Of a stretch of 19,348 nt of DNA, positions 17,619 through 19,348 are shown piece by piece. The position numbers were made by a program, and so were the translations under genes. Origin of the DNA: Elainellaceae cyanobacterium (GTDB taxonomy: Bacteria > Cyanobacteriota > Cyanobacteriia > CAZCXK01); contig JBNPEG010000018.1 of assembly GCA_051117555.1 (NCBI GenBank), positions 32,636 through 51,983 on the forward strand, written 5' to 3'. The notes beneath the pieces are model-generated. The model did no database searches. It saw nothing but the letters and a program-made list of their open reading frames with translations, and was not told the origin of the DNA. Position 1 is the first letter of the stretch, and every line of letters begins with the position of its first letter.

Positions 17619-18545
17619 TTATGTGGAGTGGCTGAGTACGTCTTTGAGAGCCCGATCAATGGTTGGATATTGGTACTTAAAGCCAGATTCGAGGGTGCGT
17701 TTGGGCACGACTTGCTGGCCCTCTAACACCACTTGAGCAGCATCTCCCAACAAGAGCTCTAGGGCAAAGTCTGGAACGGGTAGCCAAGACGGGCGCTTCA
17801 TCACGTCCCCAAACGTTTGACAAAACTGCTTCATCCGGACAGGATTAGGAGCCGTCGCATTGAAAACCCCTTCCATCTCTGGCTGGGTAAGGGCTTGAAG
17901 AATCAGATTAACTAAATCGTCTCGATGAATCCAAGAAAACCATTGCTGACCACTGCCGAGAGGTCCACCTGCAAAAAATTGAAACGGAAGCACCATTTTG
18001 GCGATCACGCCTCCCATACCCAGGACAATGCCCGTTCGTAAAATGACAAGCCGAGCCCCGGTGTCTTTGACCTGCTGAGCGGCAGCCTCCCATTTTTGGC
18101 ATACGGTTGCTAAAAAATCTTGACCCGGTGGGCTTGCTTCGGTAAAGGTCGCCGTTTCGCTAGTGCCGTAGTAGCCCACTGCGGAGGAGTTGACTAAAAC
18201 ACTCGGTTTGGGGTCAGCCTTGGCGATCGCCTCCACAATTTTTTGAGTGCCCATCTGACGACTGTTGAGAATAGCGGTTCGTCGTTCAGAAGTCCAGCGT
18301 TCGGCAATCGGCTCACCGGCCAAATTGACGACCCCATCATACCTGGCGATCGCATCCTGCCAGTCTCCTGATTGGGTTGGGGTATATTCTTGAATCTCAA
18401 CATTAGGAAACGCAGATTTTGGAAATACTCGGCGTGCGTGGCTAGCATTGCGGGTCAACACAAGAATCTGATGCCCCTCATTTTGAAGCCGTTCGACCAA
18501 GCGGCTCCCCACAAACCCGGTTGCGCCGGTCACTGCAACTTTCAT
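17619..18545 (-). CDS. thyD: TIGR01777-family NAD-dependent epimerase-like protein (ThyD-type)
   Basis: MKVAVTGATGFVG Rossmann motif, plus VVNLAGEPI, SAVGYYG, LRTGIVLG, SWIHRDD and NATAPNPV. Confidence 0.88.
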   Translation of the reverse strand: MKVAVTGATGFVGSRLVERLQNEGHQILVLTRNASHARRVFPKSAFPNVEIQEYTPTQSGDWQDAIARYDGVVNLAGEPIAERWTSERRTAILNSRQMGTQKIVEAIAKADPKPSVLVNSSAVGYYGTSETATFTEASPPGQDFLATVCQKWEAAAQQVKDTGARLVILRTGIVLGMGGVIAKMVLPFQFFAGGPLGSGQQWFSWIHRDDLVNLILQALTQPEMEGVFNATAPNPVRMKQFCQTFGDVMKRPSWLPVPDFALELLLGDAAQVVLEGQQVVPKRTLESGFKYQYPTIDRALKDVLSHST

Positions 18546-18660
18546 CTCTGTTCTCCATTTCTCATGTGCTACCCCGTCTGTGGTCTTTGGCGCCGATTAT
18601 GCGTTCGCACAATCCAATCTTTTGAAAATAATCTCTAGATGATTGTTTGATGATGTCTCA

Positions 18661-19041
18661 TCAAGACTGCTGGCCTGTCTCTCCGTATACCATTCCGTTT
18701 GCTTCAGCGTATCGGTGCATAAACCGCATAAATCGCTGCCAATGATCGTCACGATCAATCTCAAACTTGCACTCTACCCGCTTCAAGTCGTCGCCTTCGG
18801 GGCCTCCAAACACAAACTGGACTGAACTGGGTTCGATGCTGATTTGTCCCTCTTCATCAATCAAACGCATGCCGTTGGCAAACCGTTTGGTGTAGCTCTG
18901 AAACCGTTTGATGGATTCTAAATCGTCGAAGCTCATCAAGACTTGCTTAGCCCCTGGGGTTGCGCCTTTACGTAAACTCACGTTGCTAAGCTCTTCCGAA
19001 ATGCCTTCAAAGAACTGGATCGAAGGAGAGGGAGACATCAT
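18661..19041 (-). CDS. psb28: Photosystem II assembly factor Psb28 (probably the Psb28-2-type paralog)
   Basis: SIQFFEGISEE, MRLIDEEGQI and WQRFMRFMHRYAEANGM motifs. The FGGPEGDDL insertion resembles the second paralog. Confidence 0.9.
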   Translation of the reverse strand: MMSPSPSIQFFEGISEELSNVSLRKGATPGAKQVLMSFDDLESIKRFQSYTKRFANGMRLIDEEGQISIEPSSVQFVFGGPEGDDLKRVECKFEIDRDDHWQRFMRFMHRYAEANGMVYGETGQQS

Positions 19042-19216
19042 GCGTGATAAAAAATTAAACGAAGCTTAAGATCTAGTATACAGAGTATACAGAGTGCGTT
19101 TGCCCTGGCAATGCGGAGCATGACGTCTCGGCAACCCTACAGTTGGCGACCCCACAAGGAACACGCGACCGAGGACAGTCGCACTTACACGAAAACTTAA
19201 ACGCTCTCGCATGGGG

Positions 19217-19323
19217 TAATCCCAATTCTCGATTTTGGATTTGCGATTTTGGATTGACGGCCACCAGCCTTGCAAGGGGTCTAGCCTGTTCATTGGTAGC
19301 CTGACTTTGAAGAATTGGGGCAA
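19217..19323. repeat. Candidate third small element with inverted ends and heptamer repeats
   Basis: cccaattct (19221-19229) and agaattggg (19311-19319) are inverted. The interior begins with 7-mer repeats gattttg-gatttgc-gattttg-gatt. Confidence 0.4.
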
Positions 19324-19348
19324 GCTACGCGAATTCATCCTAAGGCTG

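Larger units (their letters stand above)
288..18353. repeat. HIP1 octamer GCGATCGC, dispersed
   Basis: About 30 copies by manual count (e.g. 288, 1262, 3783, 4551, 8101, 11413, 16503), against less than one expected by chance in 19 kb. This is a known cyanobacterial hallmark. Confidence 0.97.

Noticed and set aside
19116..19170. SAM-I riboswitch suggested by atgacgtctcggcaacc
   Set aside because: The upstream GAGGGA..GGCCC kink-turn region and the downstream GGTGCYAANTCC element are absent.
19066..19338. Minus-strand ORFs of 90 aa and 63 aa
   Set aside because: They run through heptamer and 9-mer repeats (NPKSQIQN, LYTLYT) and show no protein-like features.
19094..19348. Group II intron 5' end (GTGCG) or HEARO/omega RNA
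   Set aside because: Only a 5-mer matches. No other diagnostic motif or associated ORF is visible.

Overview
This is a chromosomal window from a cyanobacterium: about 30 HIP1 octamers (GCGATCGC) by manual count, plus psaD and psb28. The coding content is mostly conserved. In order: a 3'-truncated membrane-protein gene missing from the ORF track, tamB, two uncharacterised lipoproteins, a DUF3598 double-barrel protein, an RlpA-family lytic transglycosylase, an NtcA-like Crp/Fnr regulator, trpE, psaD, a conserved hypothetical gene, iscA, a TPR protein, a 60-aa small protein, a small membrane protein, a TIGR01777/ThyD-type epimerase and a Psb28 paralog. No CRISPR array, transposase, rRNA or tRNA was found. 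The unexplained signal is intergenic. Four 58-144 bp elements are bounded by TATAGC...GCTATA and form two homologous pairs, with terminal sequences and internal GC-rich hairpins apparently combined in different ways. One of them interrupts a 13-bp tandem array, which allows its insertion site to be reconstructed. There is also a fifth, weaker element with inverted-repeat ends, a ~21-bp four-unit array fused to a perfect 23-bp inverted repeat, and an NtcA-type palindrome upstream of the NtcA-like regulator. All family assignments come from motif recognition, not database searches.
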